Shown in pieces: positions 35,115-48,251 of a DNA stretch of 64,000 bases. Positions within the stretch are counted from its first letter, which is position 1, and each line of letters opens with the position of its first letter. The DNA is from Eledone cirrhosa. Lineage: Eukaryota. A model generated the notes under the pieces. It was not told the origin of the DNA. It did not search any database and worked only from the letters and a program-made list of their open reading frames with translations. The translations under genes and the position numbers were made by a program. The stretch covers positions 19,034,001 to 19,098,000 of the forward strand of contig OZ024753.1 of assembly GCA_964016885.1 (NCBI GenBank), written 5' to 3'.

Positions 35115-37598
35115 TTAGGTTCCAGTCCGACATTGCCATATATAGGGCTTAAAGTTTTGGAAGGAATGTCTGAGGCGGTGCTGGCAAGTTGCAAACACCT
35201 CAGATTTTTTGTTAAGTAGGTTACGGTTGGAGAAGATAATATTGTGTGTCTCTAGTATACAGAGGTTACAGAATTTGTTAGGTGGTTTGTACGAGGTCGC
35301 GCTGCCTATCACTTCCCATTTGAGTGTGTATGGTTTATTTTTAGATTTTAGATAGTGTATGTAGCTAGAAAGTGAGGTGGAGTTGGCTAGGCTGTGCTTT
35401 TTGAACGAGTGGATGTGCGAGTTATATCTGATTTTGAAGCAGTTAGAAGTGGAGCCTACATAGGTTTCTGAAGAGTTATTAGTCGTGACTGTGCATGAGT
35501 ATATGACATCCTTGGTTAGGCATTTTTTATCTAAAGGGCAGGTTCTATTAGCTCTACAGTTACAATTATTCTGTGCGTTAGTCCGCTGGTTATAATGCAA
35601 TGCGGAAGTCTGTGTGGTGGATATAGGATTTTGGGTGTTCGGGTTGACAACCCTGGTGTTATTACTTATACTAGTGTTATTTCTATTGTTACTGCCGTTG
35701 CTATTGTTGCTTGCTACAGTGGTATTTAGAGGGTTTGCATCCCGTTGTGATTTTGTTTGTTGGAAGTAAGAACTAATTTTACTATTATTGCTGCTAGCTA
35801 TGTGGTATGCTAAGTTAGGCGTCGTAGAGTAAGAGATTTTAATGGTGTTTTTGTTTAAGAGGTTGTGGTACTTGTGTCCTAGAGGGAAGTTTTTATCTAG
35901 TAGTGAGAAGAAAGCCCTAGGTATGTTGGTGGAGACATTTAGGTTGAAAGGAGGGTTGAAAAATGTATTATTTCTTCTTCTTCTATTTTTGCTTTTAGTG
36001 TTTGGTGTGTTGCTTCCTCCTAAGGCCTCACAGTAGTTTCCATGGTAATGGTTACTTCCGGTGGCACCCTCCGCTTTGGTGTACTTGTGGTTGCTATTCC
36101 TATTATTAGATTTCCTCATGGACATGTTGTGCGAGATGATGTTGTAGCTATGGGTTTTCTTAGGTAGGAACTCAATTTCTATATTATGGCCGGAGCTAGC
36201 TAATGCTTGATTGTAATATTGTGAGTTTTTGCTAAATATGTTTGCGTCATAGGACAGACTAGAGATTCTATTGGACACCCCCTTAGAGATAGAGTTTAAT
36301 ATTGATCTAGGGTGATTAGACTTGGTATCTACGTAAATAAGTTTCTCATTAGGCTTATGGAAAGGTGTATATATTTTTGAGTCTAGGTATAGTGTGGCGT
36401 CTAGGAAGTTAACATTTTTAGTGTTTTTGTCCATGGTGATACTAAGGTTAAAGTTTTTGAATGTCTTATGCAGTTGTTTTCTAGTTCTTTCTATATTAAA
36501 TTTTTTATATTCTATGATTAGAAGTGCATCATCGCGGTACAAACCACCGTTGAGGTAAGGGAGGTCTTTATGGATTTCATTGAGGAGGTATAGGCCGACC
36601 AAATCAGTGACCTGCGCCGAGTCACTAGATCCCATGGTTATGTCGAAGTTGTTGTGCGTATCCTTGCGTGTCTATAGTTGGTCCTCGAAGGTGATTATGG
36701 TTTTACGGGCCGCAAGGATGACATCAACCTGGGCTCTAGTCAGGTCGCTATTGGCCATGGCCATGATAAGTGCCTTATTTAATAGGATAGGGGAAATAGA
36801 GGTGTAGTATGAATTGATATCAAATTGAATACATTTTTTGTTCTTATTATTCTTGATATCCTTAAACCATTCAATTACTTCACCCGTATTTCCCCATTGT
36901 TTAAGGTGTATCTTGTGTTTAATTTGTGGGATGATTTTATCCAAAATCTTCTTGCTGATAATACCAATGTCGGACTTGGAAGGGCAGATAAGTCTTATCG
37001 TGGGGTTGCTGATGAAGTTCTCCTTATGGTCCTTCAGAGAGAATCTAGGGGGGTTCGGAGTGAAAGGTTGTGTATGCCTCTGTTGTCCTAGTTTAGACAC
37101 TATATTATAACCCTCTACATTAATATCTTCTAAGTTTTTCAAGGTGGTTTTTTTGTAGCTTTTATGTAGTTCATTATATATAAACTTTCTATAAGTAATA
37201 TAATCTAGGCTGTATATGTTATTAGTTTTATCTGCGTGTACAATAATTTTATTACTAGTTTTGAATCCACTAATAGAAGTGTTAAGTTTGTTTAAGAAGG
37301 TGTTGCTTCTAATATGGTGCTTATTGTATTTAATGTTCTTAACTAGTTTAACTAGGTCATTTTCAAAGGAGTTAAGTAGAGTGTTATGAGGGGGGCTTTT
37401 AAAGGTTTTAAAGCCGAAGGAGTCAAAATTGTTAGTATTATTCAAGTTGTTAGATTTGTTTCTATCATAATGGAATGTCCTCCATCTCACTCTATTGATA
37501 AATGAATTTACACTGTTGATCAGCAATTTCTCATATGTATTCCTGGATGGTATTGGTATGTTCTTGGTTGACATGGGGAGTTGGTCTTTGATTAGCAT
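35115..37598 (-). pseudogene. PLE reverse transcriptase + GIY-YIG endonuclease ORF with a single in-frame TAG (36672-36674)
   Basis: STKNIPIPS, ADKTNNIY, KDHKENF, QFDINSYY, FDITMGS, GLYRDDAL, VNFLD, SNHP, CNCRANRTC, VIY..YVG, CNLC; the 308-aa and 506-aa ORFs are in the same frame. Confidence 0.93.
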
Positions 37599-37847
37599 AT
37601 TGGCAATATTATATGTCAGCTCAACGATATGGAGCAGTTAATAGTATTAGTTATACTATTTATGGTTATGTAAACACAAAACCTTAAGCAGTTGTAAGTA
37701 TTTTACACACACCCTAAATAGTGGTAGGCAGTAATGTATTACTACCTTATTACCAGTAAGTTAAGTAGCTCAATGTAAAAACATCAGATGATTTACAGAG
37801 CAGTTATATGAAATATAAGAATCAAAGAACTGTTCAAAACATTATTG

Positions 37848-37894
37848 TGCTTACAGCTGTTTCCTCCAAACCGAGGTTTGGATTCTTCGGAGCA
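37848..37894 (-). ncRNA. Hammerhead motif (U4C) ~250 nt upstream of the PLE start codon
   Basis: Identical to the 33628 copy, offset 4220 bp. Confidence 0.72.
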
Positions 37895-38325
37895 ATTTAT
37901 TAATGCATGGACAGTTATATGACCTCCTTTTCAGCCGAGAGACATACCAATACATATTCAAACATTGATACATATTCAAACATTGTGGGTCAACTTTCAT
38001 TACAGAATTTAGAGTGGCAGTACACACTTCGAGATTACATTTATATTAATAGGTACAATCAAAAATCAAAGATATAGGTTAAAGTACAACATGAAGATAA
38101 GTGGTTATATAGTGCAAATGTTATATGTGTGGCACGCATGTGCGTCTTGTTTATATAGTGTGGCAGAGAGATATGTGTGGTAGAGGCACTTAGGTAGGCA
38201 AATAAGAGTGTTAGGTTGGTAGATCTGGTGGCAAAGTCTTTATATGATTGATATAGTCTGTGTGTGGAGAAATATTATAAGCATTAAAGATAGTGCAAGC
38301 ATTAAAAGTGTTATAAGTATTGGAG

Positions 38326-39261
38326 ATGCACAGCGCAGGGATGTCAAGTAATTCATGTACTTCGGCATTTTCATGGACAAGGGAGTGTATATTTCGATTA
38401 TATGCCTTTCACATAATCCACGACAATCCAGTTAGAGATCGTAGTCTGGTGTTCTTTAGTTCTTTCTTCTCACTACTAGATAAAAACTTCCCTCTAGGAC
38501 ACAAGTACCACAACCTCTTAAACAAAAACACCATTAAAATCTCTTACTCTACGACGCCTAACTTAGCATACCACATAGCTAGCAGCAATAATAGTAAAAT
38601 TAGTTCTTACTTCCAACAAACAAAATCACAACGGGATGCAAACCCTCTAAATACCACTGTAGCAAGCAACAATAGCAACGGCAGTAACAATAGAAATAAC
38701 ACTAGTATAAGTAATAACACCAGGGTTGTCAACCCGAACACCCAAAATCCTATATCCACCACACAGACTTCCGCATTGCATTATAACCAGCGGACTAACG
38801 CACAGAATAATTGTAACTGTAGAGCTAATAGAACCTGCCCTTTAGATAAAAAATGCCTAACCAAGGATGTCATATACTCATGCACAGTCACGACTAATAA
38901 CTCTTCAGAAACCTATGTAGGCTCCACTTCTAACTGCTTCAAAATCAGATATAACTCGCACATCCACTCGTTCAAAAAGCACAGCCTAGCCAACTCCACC
39001 TCACTTTCTAGCTACATACACTATCTAAAATCTAAAAATAAACCATACACACTCAAATGGGAAGTGATAGGCAGCGCGACCTCGTACAAACCACCTAACA
39101 AATTCTGTAACCTCTGTATACTAGAGACACACAATATTATCTTCTCCAACCGTAACCTACTTAACAAAAAATCTGAGGTGTTTGCAACTTGCCAGCACCG
39201 CCTCAGACATTCCTTCCAAAACTTTAAGCCCTATATATGGCAATGTCGGACTGGAACCTAA
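38326..39261 (+). CDS. Chimeric ORF: antisense pLTR leader fused in frame to the PLE linker + GIY-YIG endonuclease
   Basis: ATG at 38326; from 38462 identical to the C-terminal part of the 35115-36635 ORF. Expression unknown. Confidence 0.4.
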   Translation: MHSAGMSSNSCTSAFSWTRECIFRLYAFHIIHDNPVRDRSLVFFSSFFSLLDKNFPLGHKYHNLLNKNTIKISYSTTPNLAYHIASSNNSKISSYFQQTKSQRDANPLNTTVASNNSNGSNNRNNTSISNNTRVVNPNTQNPISTTQTSALHYNQRTNAQNNCNCRANRTCPLDKKCLTKDVIYSCTVTTNNSSETYVGSTSNCFKIRYNSHIHSFKKHSLANSTSLSSYIHYLKSKNKPYTLKWEVIGSATSYKPPNKFCNLCILETHNIIFSNRNLLNKKSEVFATCQHRLRHSFQNFKPYIWQCRTGT

Positions 39262-40684
39262 CACCACATCTAGCATCAAACACCAGAGACACACCCTATA
39301 CTACATACCCAACACTAGCTGATCCATTATAACACAAACAACGACATCCCTCTGGAACCCTTCGCAGGGAAAATACCCATTTATACCTCTACGGCAGGTG
39401 TGACAACATCCACCCACTTGGACGGCACTACACCGCTCTAAGGGTAATTTGAGCATGAATTGATCGGTTGGATGGTGTTGGGCAGAGGAAACACCTTCCT
39501 TAGACAGCTGTAAAATGATTTAATCGAGTAGCGCTGTTGACCAGTAGGACCGGGCTGCTGAGCGCAGTGAGTGAATGCAATGCAACTGCCGTGCGGGTTG
39601 TACGTATATGGATGATCTGACGGTCAGAGAGGGGTCGCGAGGACTGCGGATTGACCTTTGGCCTGCCTGGGGACGATTATCTTTCGACATCCAATGTAGC
39701 AAGTGATGACCCAGATCTTACCAGAGATCATTGGGTCCTGAAGCAATCCTGCAATCACCGCGCCTGGTCATATGAGCAGACTACAACCACAGAGATCATT
39801 AATTTAGAATCCTCGCTCATCATCTATAATTTCCATTTGTAGCACCTTATGATGGGTTAATCCACCTTAATAATAATATGATCACCTTCAGCATAATTTA
39901 GTTAAACTACTCTATAGTTAGTACACTTTATGCTTTAAAAGCCTCTCTTGGAAGGTGCTCCTCACCATAGAATTTAGGGTCTATATTGGGACACATTTTA
40001 ATGGCTAGATATAGAAACCCCAGAGTTACCTCCCCGCATGCATTAACTCCCCTTAGCCACACACACACTTCCGGTATTCAATGGCGTCTCTCGAAACGTA
40101 ACAACCTCCTGTATCGAACTAAAGAACACCAGACTACGATCTCTAACTGGATTGTCGTGGATTATGTGAAAGGCATATAATCGAAATATACACTCCCTTG
40201 ACCATGAAAATGCCGAAGTACATGAATTACTTGACATCCCTGCGCTGTGCATCTCCAATACTTATAACACTTTTAATGCTTGCACTATCTTTAATGCTTA
40301 TAATATTTCTCCACACACAGACTATATCAATCATATAAAGACTTTGCCACCAGATCTACCAACCTAACACTCTTATTTGCCTACCTAAGTGCCTCTACCA
40401 CACATATCTCTCTGCCACACTATATAAACAAGACGCACATGCGTGCCACACATATAACATTTGCACTATATAACCACTTATCTTCATGTTGTACTTTAAC
40501 CTATATCTTTGATTTTTGATTGTACCTATTAATATAAATGTAATCTCGAAGTGTGTACTGCCACTCTAAATTCTGTAATGAAAGTTGACCCACAATGTTT
40601 GAATATGTATCAATGTTTGAATATGTATTGGTATGTCTCTCGGCTGAAAAAGGAGGTCATATAACTGTCCATGCATTAATAAAT

Positions 40685-40731
40685 TGCTCCGAAGAATCCA
40701 AACCTCGGTTTGGAGGAAACAGCTGTAAGCA
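40685..40731 (+). ncRNA. Hammerhead motif (U4C)
   Basis: tgct-CCGAAGA-a-tccaaacc tc ggtttgga-g-GAAA-cagctg-TA-agca. Confidence 0.72.
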
Positions 40732-40978
40732 CAATAATGTTTTGAACAGTTCTTTGATTCTTATATTTCATATAACTGCTCTGTAAATCATCTGATGTTT
40801 TTACATTGAGCTACTTAACTTACTGGTAATAAGGTAGTAATACATTACTGCCTGCCACTATTTAGGGTGTGTGTAAAATACTTACAACTGCTTAAGGTTT
40901 TGTGTTTACATAACCATAAATAGTATAACTAATACTATATATATATATATATGTATATATACGAGTATATATATATAT

Positions 40979-42627
40979 AGAATAAGGAAAAGCGAAGTAG
41001 TTTCAGATGTTTTAAGTCCTTTAATAATAATTGTTTCTACTTTAGGCACAAGGCCAGCAATTATCCAGTGCATTACTGGTACTTTATTTTATCGATCCCG
41101 TAAGGATGAAAGGCAAAGTCAACCTCGGCGGGATTTGAACTCAGATCGTAAAGGGACGTAACTATGCTGGAAAGCATGGGGTCCGACCCTCCACCGATAC
41201 TGCCAATCCACCGCCCTTTAAGTCCTTTGATAATAATGCTGTGATATATATTTCAATGGCGATAGTGGCCACACTGTTCTGTGCGCCAGTCTCGCGACAT
41301 CGCCAGACAGCTTGTTACATAATAAGGTTATGTTTCCGAGGCAATCCATATTGAATCAACATGGGAACAGACGAAGTATGTGCCTTTGGGTTCTTCATCC
41401 GTTCCCCTGTGAGTACCAATTCACCCCCACTGGTCTGCGCAGGCGCAGGTCCTGGGGGAAGTTGACCATTAGCTACCGCAGAGTTAAACGAAATTCGCTT
41501 AGTCAGTTCCCTCTCTCAGCCAGACAATGACCTATACCAGACTGCACCATAGTTTACCGCTACCCATCCCATCTGTGGCAGTCAGCCGAAAGCCAGTGGG
41601 AATGGGAGAGTGTTAGTATTTACAGTTCTCTTTACTACCTCTCACTAATCATGGACAGTATAACTGACCATCACCTCTAAGAGTATATATTTAATTCTAT
41701 GTATCATAGTTTCATATTGGAAGTTATAAGTGAAATTAAAACAAAACATTACAAATATAAAATCGAAAATCCTAAATCAAGTATCATAAATTATAAATTA
41801 AAAATTTAACAATTAGAAATTAAACAATTAAAGATTATTCAAGTGGGAATCCGGATTGAGGTGAGTAAAAAACATATAGATTGAAGTGAGTAAATAATAT
41901 GCAGAGAGATGTTTAAGTAAGAAGAGTTATACTCTCTACATACTGAACGATGGTGCCGTACTGCAGAACTGAGGGTAAAATACAGTATTACGGGTAGTAG
42001 TCAATCGGGTACATAGTCGTAATTTCCATCACATGGAACAAAACCAACAAAAACATATATAAAGTACACAAAAGAAAAGAACCAATGAATGAATAAATGA
42101 GTGAATAAGTGAATGAATGAATGTAAAAACACAGAGTACATAAATACAAAATGATCCATATTATAGTCAATTTGTCCATGTATAGCTTGAATTGAAGGGA
42201 CTTCTGTTCAAATGCGATTTGGAGCAGAAAAATAGGGGTTTATCTTTGTTTCCTCATATTTATCCTGCCGAAAGTTATTATTATCTTCGTCCAGTGTCCG
42301 GGGTTTCCATCCCATGGTAGAGGGAATTTCCAGGGGTAGCTCTTGGTTGGTTCCTCTTTTCTCCACCATATCGGTTACATCATAGAGCGCTCAACTATTT
42401 GGAGCTAAATTCTTAGGGTAAACATTAATGCAATTCAAATCAAGCACTCAACGTACTTATTCCACATAGGAGTGACGGAGTAAATATCGAATAAGGAAAA
42501 GCAAAGTAGTTTCAGATGTTCAAGTTCTTTAATAATAATTGTTTCTACTTTTGGCACAAGGCCAGCAATTATCCCAGTGTATTACTGGTACTTTATTTTA
42601 TCGACCCCGTAAGGATGAAAGGCAAAA
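40979..42627 (-). mobile_element. Family X copy, partial tandem (~1.5-kb unit including nested SINE 41025-41217; HHR 41238-41311 with A6G)
   Basis: GAATAAGGAAAAGC recurs at ~40980 and ~42489; colinear with 9887-11054. Confidence 0.8.
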
Positions 42628-42639
42628 TGCTGTTATTAT

Positions 42640-43621
42640 ATATACGATTTCACAGAACTTCTGTTCACCGAATTCACGGACTAAACTCCTTAGACCTGTG
42701 AGGAATTCCTTCCTTGCTCACATTTCAACCAGGTTTGATGGTCTTTATTCTCTCTCGTTCACGATTTCACCAAACTTATATTCATGGAAATTTGGGACTT
42801 GACTCGTTCTTCCTTAATTTTCGTTGCTTCACCATCTTTGTTTGTTTACACTCTCGTTGTTCCCTTTATTTACGTGTCCCAACGACTTTCTTTAGCCGTT
42901 GCTAGCACCAACCGGAGGTATATGGTCTTTAAAGCGAAGTAATACCGATGATGGTTTGGACATCACTGATGAAGGACCACTTTATTCATATGTAACCCAT
43001 TAGCAACCCCCGCAGCACGTTTATTCTCATATTTACACATATTTTATCCCCCGCTGTGACCCGTCTATTTCGTTCTTACTGCTCCTCTTTCTCTGTTTCT
43101 TTACCCTCTCTAACAGTCACTCTCTCTGTTAGCCTCTTCCTCACCCTTCACTCACTCACTCTATGTTACTACCTCTCCTCCTCCTCCTTCTTCCCGTTTG
43201 ACCTGTGCTTAATTCTTTTCTTTCGCACTCTTGATCAGGTTGGTACACCTTTTTTCTCTCTCTCGTCTACGATTTTACGGAACTTATGTTCACCGAATTC
43301 ACAGACTAGACTCCTTCTACCTCCCGTTAGACCTGTGAGGAATTCCTTCCTTGCTCACATTTCAACCAGGTTTGATGGTCTTTATTCTCTCTCGTTCACG
43401 ATTTCACCGAACTTATATTCATGGAAATTTGAGACTTGACTCGTTCTTCCTTATTTTTCGTTGCTTCACCATCTTTGTTTGTTTACACTCTCGCTGTTCC
43501 CTTTATTTACGAGTCCCAGGGACTTTCTTTGGCCGTTGCTCGCACCAACCGGAGGTATATGGTCTTTAAAGCGAAGAATTAGCGATGATGGTTGGAAGAT
43601 CACTGATCAAGGACCACTTTA

Positions 43622-43626
<5 letters not shown>
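42640..43626 (+). mobile_element. Family Z partial tandem (~635-bp unit)
   Basis: 42640-42990 repeats 43268-43626. Confidence 0.8.
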
Positions 43627-43666
<40 letters not shown>

Positions 43667-43668
43667 GA

Positions 43669-43771
<103 letters not shown>

Positions 43772-43908
43772 CGAGTATATATATATAAATATATATATAT
43801 ATATACGAGTATTTATATATATATATATATATAAATATATATATATACGAGTATATATATATATATATATATATATATACTCGTATATATATATATATAT
43901 ATATACTC

Positions 43909-43950
<42 letters not shown>

Positions 43951-44125
43951 TCGTATATATATATATTTATATATATATATATATATAAATACTCGTATAT
44001 ATATAAATATATATATATATATACGAGTATTTATATATATATATATATGTATAAATATATATATATATACGAGTAATATATATATATATATACGAGTATA
44101 TATATATATATATATATATATACGC

Positions 44126-44208
<83 letters not shown>

Positions 44209-44209
<1 letters not shown>

Positions 44210-44358
44210 CAGTCTCCTCTGTGTCACTTTTGAGCTGACTTTTGGGATGCTCCCATACAGCTCTGAGTTTTACCTCCTCAGTGTATACTGATTAATATTC
44301 AGAGCCATCCTCAGCATTCTCGTGTAGCACCCTTCGACCATCTGTGTGAGTTTCTTGG
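44209..44358 (-). mobile_element. RTE internal fragment
   Basis: Matches 60941-61090. Confidence 0.85.
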
Positions 44359-44748
44359 AGAATATTCTTGGAGAATATTCTCACAAGCTCCGATGAATTC
44401 ACTGGTTACAACTAAGTATTGGTGATCGAATGACGTGAAAACAAGCGGTTAGCGATCTCTAGATCTACCAGTTCAGAGAAACAATTGTCAGCAATGAGAT
44501 TAAAAACGTTTTTTGTATAGCAAACCGTGTCACTCTTCTTTCCTGATTTATCATTACTCCAAATGTTTACAATATAGGAATTACAGCGTACTCGTAGCAT
44601 CACTATGGAAACGTCTTGTTTAGTCAAACTTAGCCAAGCGTTGATATCATCCACTACCCGGAGTACCATAACTGGACTACACCTAAGTGGACTACCTATA
44701 ACAATAATTTGTTACTCCGTATATATATATACGAGTATATATATATAC

Positions 44749-44886
<138 letters not shown>

Positions 44887-44904
44887 TATATACATATATA
44901 TATG

Positions 44905-44935
<31 letters not shown>

Positions 44936-44949
44936 TTATATATACGAGC

Positions 44950-44981
<32 letters not shown>

Positions 44982-45244
44982 CATCATTACAAGATATGTA
45001 CGTTGATACCTTAGTAAACAATTTATATATATATATATGTTTGTCTGATAAAAATGTACTTAAACACCATTGTAATTTGAAATATGTATAATAAAATATA
45101 TATTTTGATTATGAGAATATTTTTCATTTATTAATATTTTGAATAATATTAAATAGTCTAGGAACATCTCTTGTCGAGTGCTTCTATCTAATCTATTGTA
45201 AAATTGTATTCGTTGAATAATCAACGAACCATATTGATCGTTGG

Positions 45245-45380
<136 letters not shown>

Positions 45381-45399
45381 TTGTGTGCGTGTGTGTATA

Positions 45400-47802
45400 C
45401 AAATTACAGAATTATCAAAACTACGTTCAAAACATTTTATTGCTGTCGACCGTTTCTTCCAAATCTTCGTTTGGAATCATCGGATCACTAGCAAAGTTTA
45501 GACATATAATTAACTCCTATTCCACAGAGCAATCGTAAAGCTACATAGATGTTAGTGTTATCATTAACAGTGTGATATTTAAAGAGTGAAGATGGTGTGG
45601 TGATTATCAGTGGATGCGACAAAGATTATAAATAAATAATACAATAATTATAGAGGAATTAATGAAGAAAGTTACTCGCAAAACGAGGACATTAGCAGTA
45701 CATATGCAAACGTATAGAAAGAGTACAGATGTTTTAGACATGTACAGAATAACCAGGTAAGAAACAAGCAATGTCACTAATCATATATATCACATTATGG
45801 CAAAGGTATCACATAATACAATGCAGGTATAAAAGCATATTAAGCAGACAGAGATGCTTGGGTAGGAAAGGCAGTTTCTATGAGGTTAATGGTGGATGTA
45901 ATGTGATAATTGTCCTGGTAATGTTCAAATGTGTTGTGAGTATTATCATCAAAGCTTTCCTTTCCATTACATTGGTTATATTTTAGCAAATGTTTATCAG
46001 TAGCTACAACTATGGATTGTATATTGGTCCAATTACTATCTTATCAAGGGTTCGAGTTCTTCTGGAGGGATCTGACTACCGGTAGAATTTCAGGAAGTGA
46101 ATTAGAGATCTATATAAAGGGGAGCTAATGTGAAAGGGCAGGTAATTGGTGATTAATTTGTATATAAGAGAAAAACATGTATAGTTGTTTACAGCTCCAA
46201 TTAGATAATTTCTATGCGTTAATATACAATATATTATGTTTACGTCAATGCATTTATATAATGCTATTTATTTTTAAATTTATTTATTTAATTTTAAATG
46301 CAATCTTTTTTCCCTATAATTCTTTAAAGTTCTCATTTTATTACTACCTACCCATATACTAATTAAAAGAATAAAATATTAGTAACTTATAGTAGTTATA
46401 TTAAATGGCGGTAACTTTATGTTTATTCCGTAATAGGTATTGCAGAGTATAAGATTTGAGAGAAATAGGAGGTAAGTAGAGGAATGAGCTGATCATAGAA
46501 TGATGTGATGCTGCGGGGGTAATTATATGCTGATAAAACCTAGAGGTAAAGTGTTGATGGTGTTGAGGAATCCAGATCTGACTTTGTCATATACTAGCAG
46601 CTAGGTTAGAAGTTGTGGAAAGAGTGTTGGTGGTAGGGTTGGCACATGGAAAACATTTCTGATTTTCTATTTGGAATAGATTATAGTGCGGGTCTCTAGA
46701 AGACAGAGGTTACATAATATATTTGGTGGTTTATACGATTCAGCCCAATCTATTACTTCCCATGGAAGTGTATATGGTCTATTTTTTTAGGTTTCAGAGA
46801 GTGTATGTAGTTAGATAAAGAAGTGGAGTTGGATAGATTGCGGTTTTGAATGTGTGGAGATGTCAGTTATATCTCGTCTTGAAGCAGTTTGATGTAGAAC
46901 CGAAATTTTTTTTTTTAAGTGATGTTTGTATTGACTGTGCATGAGTAAATGATGTCTGATTAAGCAATTTTTTCCTAAGGAGCAAGTTCTATTTGTTCTA
47001 CATTTACAGTTATTCTGGTTGTTTACTTGATGGTTAATAGGGTGTGTAGATTCAGGGTTGTTAGGGATAACATTAGGGTAATGATGATTATCATTCTCAT
47101 TGTTATTAATTTCATTAGTGCTATTACTATTATTGCTACTAGAATTATCTTGTACTATGTTGTTATGTAAGTTTTCCCCCTGTTGCGATTTAATTATTTG
47201 GAAATAATTATTAATCTTTGTTTTATTGCTACTAGCTATATGGTACGCGATGTTAGGTCTGGTAGAGTAAGAGATTTTAATAGTATTTTTATTGATAAGG
47301 TTATGGTATTTGTGGCCGACTCGATAGTTTTTTTCTAAGATTGAGAAGAATGCGTTAGGCGAGTTGGTAGAGACGTTTAGATTGAAAGGGGATTGAAAAA
47401 TGTATTAGTTCTTCTATTTTTTGTTTTTTGTAATGTTATTTGAGGTATTGTTTATATTTCTGTTTATATTATTATTGGGGTGTTTATTCTGGTGCGAGTT
47501 AAGTTTGATATTTCCCTTCGTACCAGAGTTAGAGTGGCTAGTACTTTTATTACTTTTCTTCATGGCCATATTGTGAGAAATAATGTTGTAACTAGGTGAT
47601 TTTATAGATAAAAATCTAATTTCATGGCGTGATCGAGCTAAGGCCTCATTAAATATAGTTTCGTTATATGATAGAGTAGAAATTCTATTTGATATTCCTT
47701 TAGTAATTGAGTTTAATATAGATTTAGGGTGGTTAGAGTTGATATCTACATAAAGTAGTTTTTCGTTTGGTTTATGAAAGGGTGTGTATATTTTAGAGTC
47801 CA
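45400..47802 (-). mobile_element. Older decayed relative of the 33588-40937 PLE, with decayed CCGATGA HHR at 45441-45487
   Basis: DSKIYTPFHKPNEKLLYVDINSNHPKSILNSI, SYNIISHNM, then frameshifted EN to ~46650. Confidence 0.85.
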
Positions 47803-48045
47803 TATATATATATATAATATAGCAAGGTGCTGTTTGCATTAATATTGTTCTCCCATATACCTGTAAATGGCAATGCCCTGTGTTATTTACACATCAGTAT
47901 TCTGTAGATTTGATCGATTGATAAGGTCGAGTGACGTGACTTCTAAGGATCAGCGGCTTTTAGACGCACCCGATTAAAGAAGCAATTGTTAATACTGTAA
48001 AGAAACCCTATTGTACAGGCGACCATGTTATTCTTCATTCTTTTG

Positions 48046-48115
<70 letters not shown>

Positions 48116-48251
48116 AGTGTAATTTTCTACACAAAACGAAGGTTATAGAGAAAATTGAGGTTGGTAATGGCACATGGAATATATAAGAGACAGAATACTT
48201 TTTTGTGAAAAAACATAATTTTATAAGGTAAGGAAATAATAAAGGGTATAA

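Larger units (their letters stand above)
33588..40937 (-). mobile_element. Young near-complete Hydra-like Penelope element: ORF + direct pseudo-LTR + inverted copy
   Basis: 37808-38462 directly repeats 33588-34260; 38462-40772 inverts 33588-35914 and extends into the complement of 37642-37808; three identical HHRs; (TA)n flanks. Confidence 0.93.

Noticed and set aside
36672-36674. Selenocysteine read-through as in some selenoprotein-encoding PLEs
   Set aside because: The stop is TAG at a Trp position, not TGA at Cys, and the 3' UTR hairpin is not a canonical SECIS.
25465-40937. Large inverted repeats as long-read fold-back artefacts
   Set aside because: Arms differ by substitutions, indels and outer end-points, have asymmetric spacers, and follow PLE architecture; read-level confirmation is still advisable for the youngest ones.
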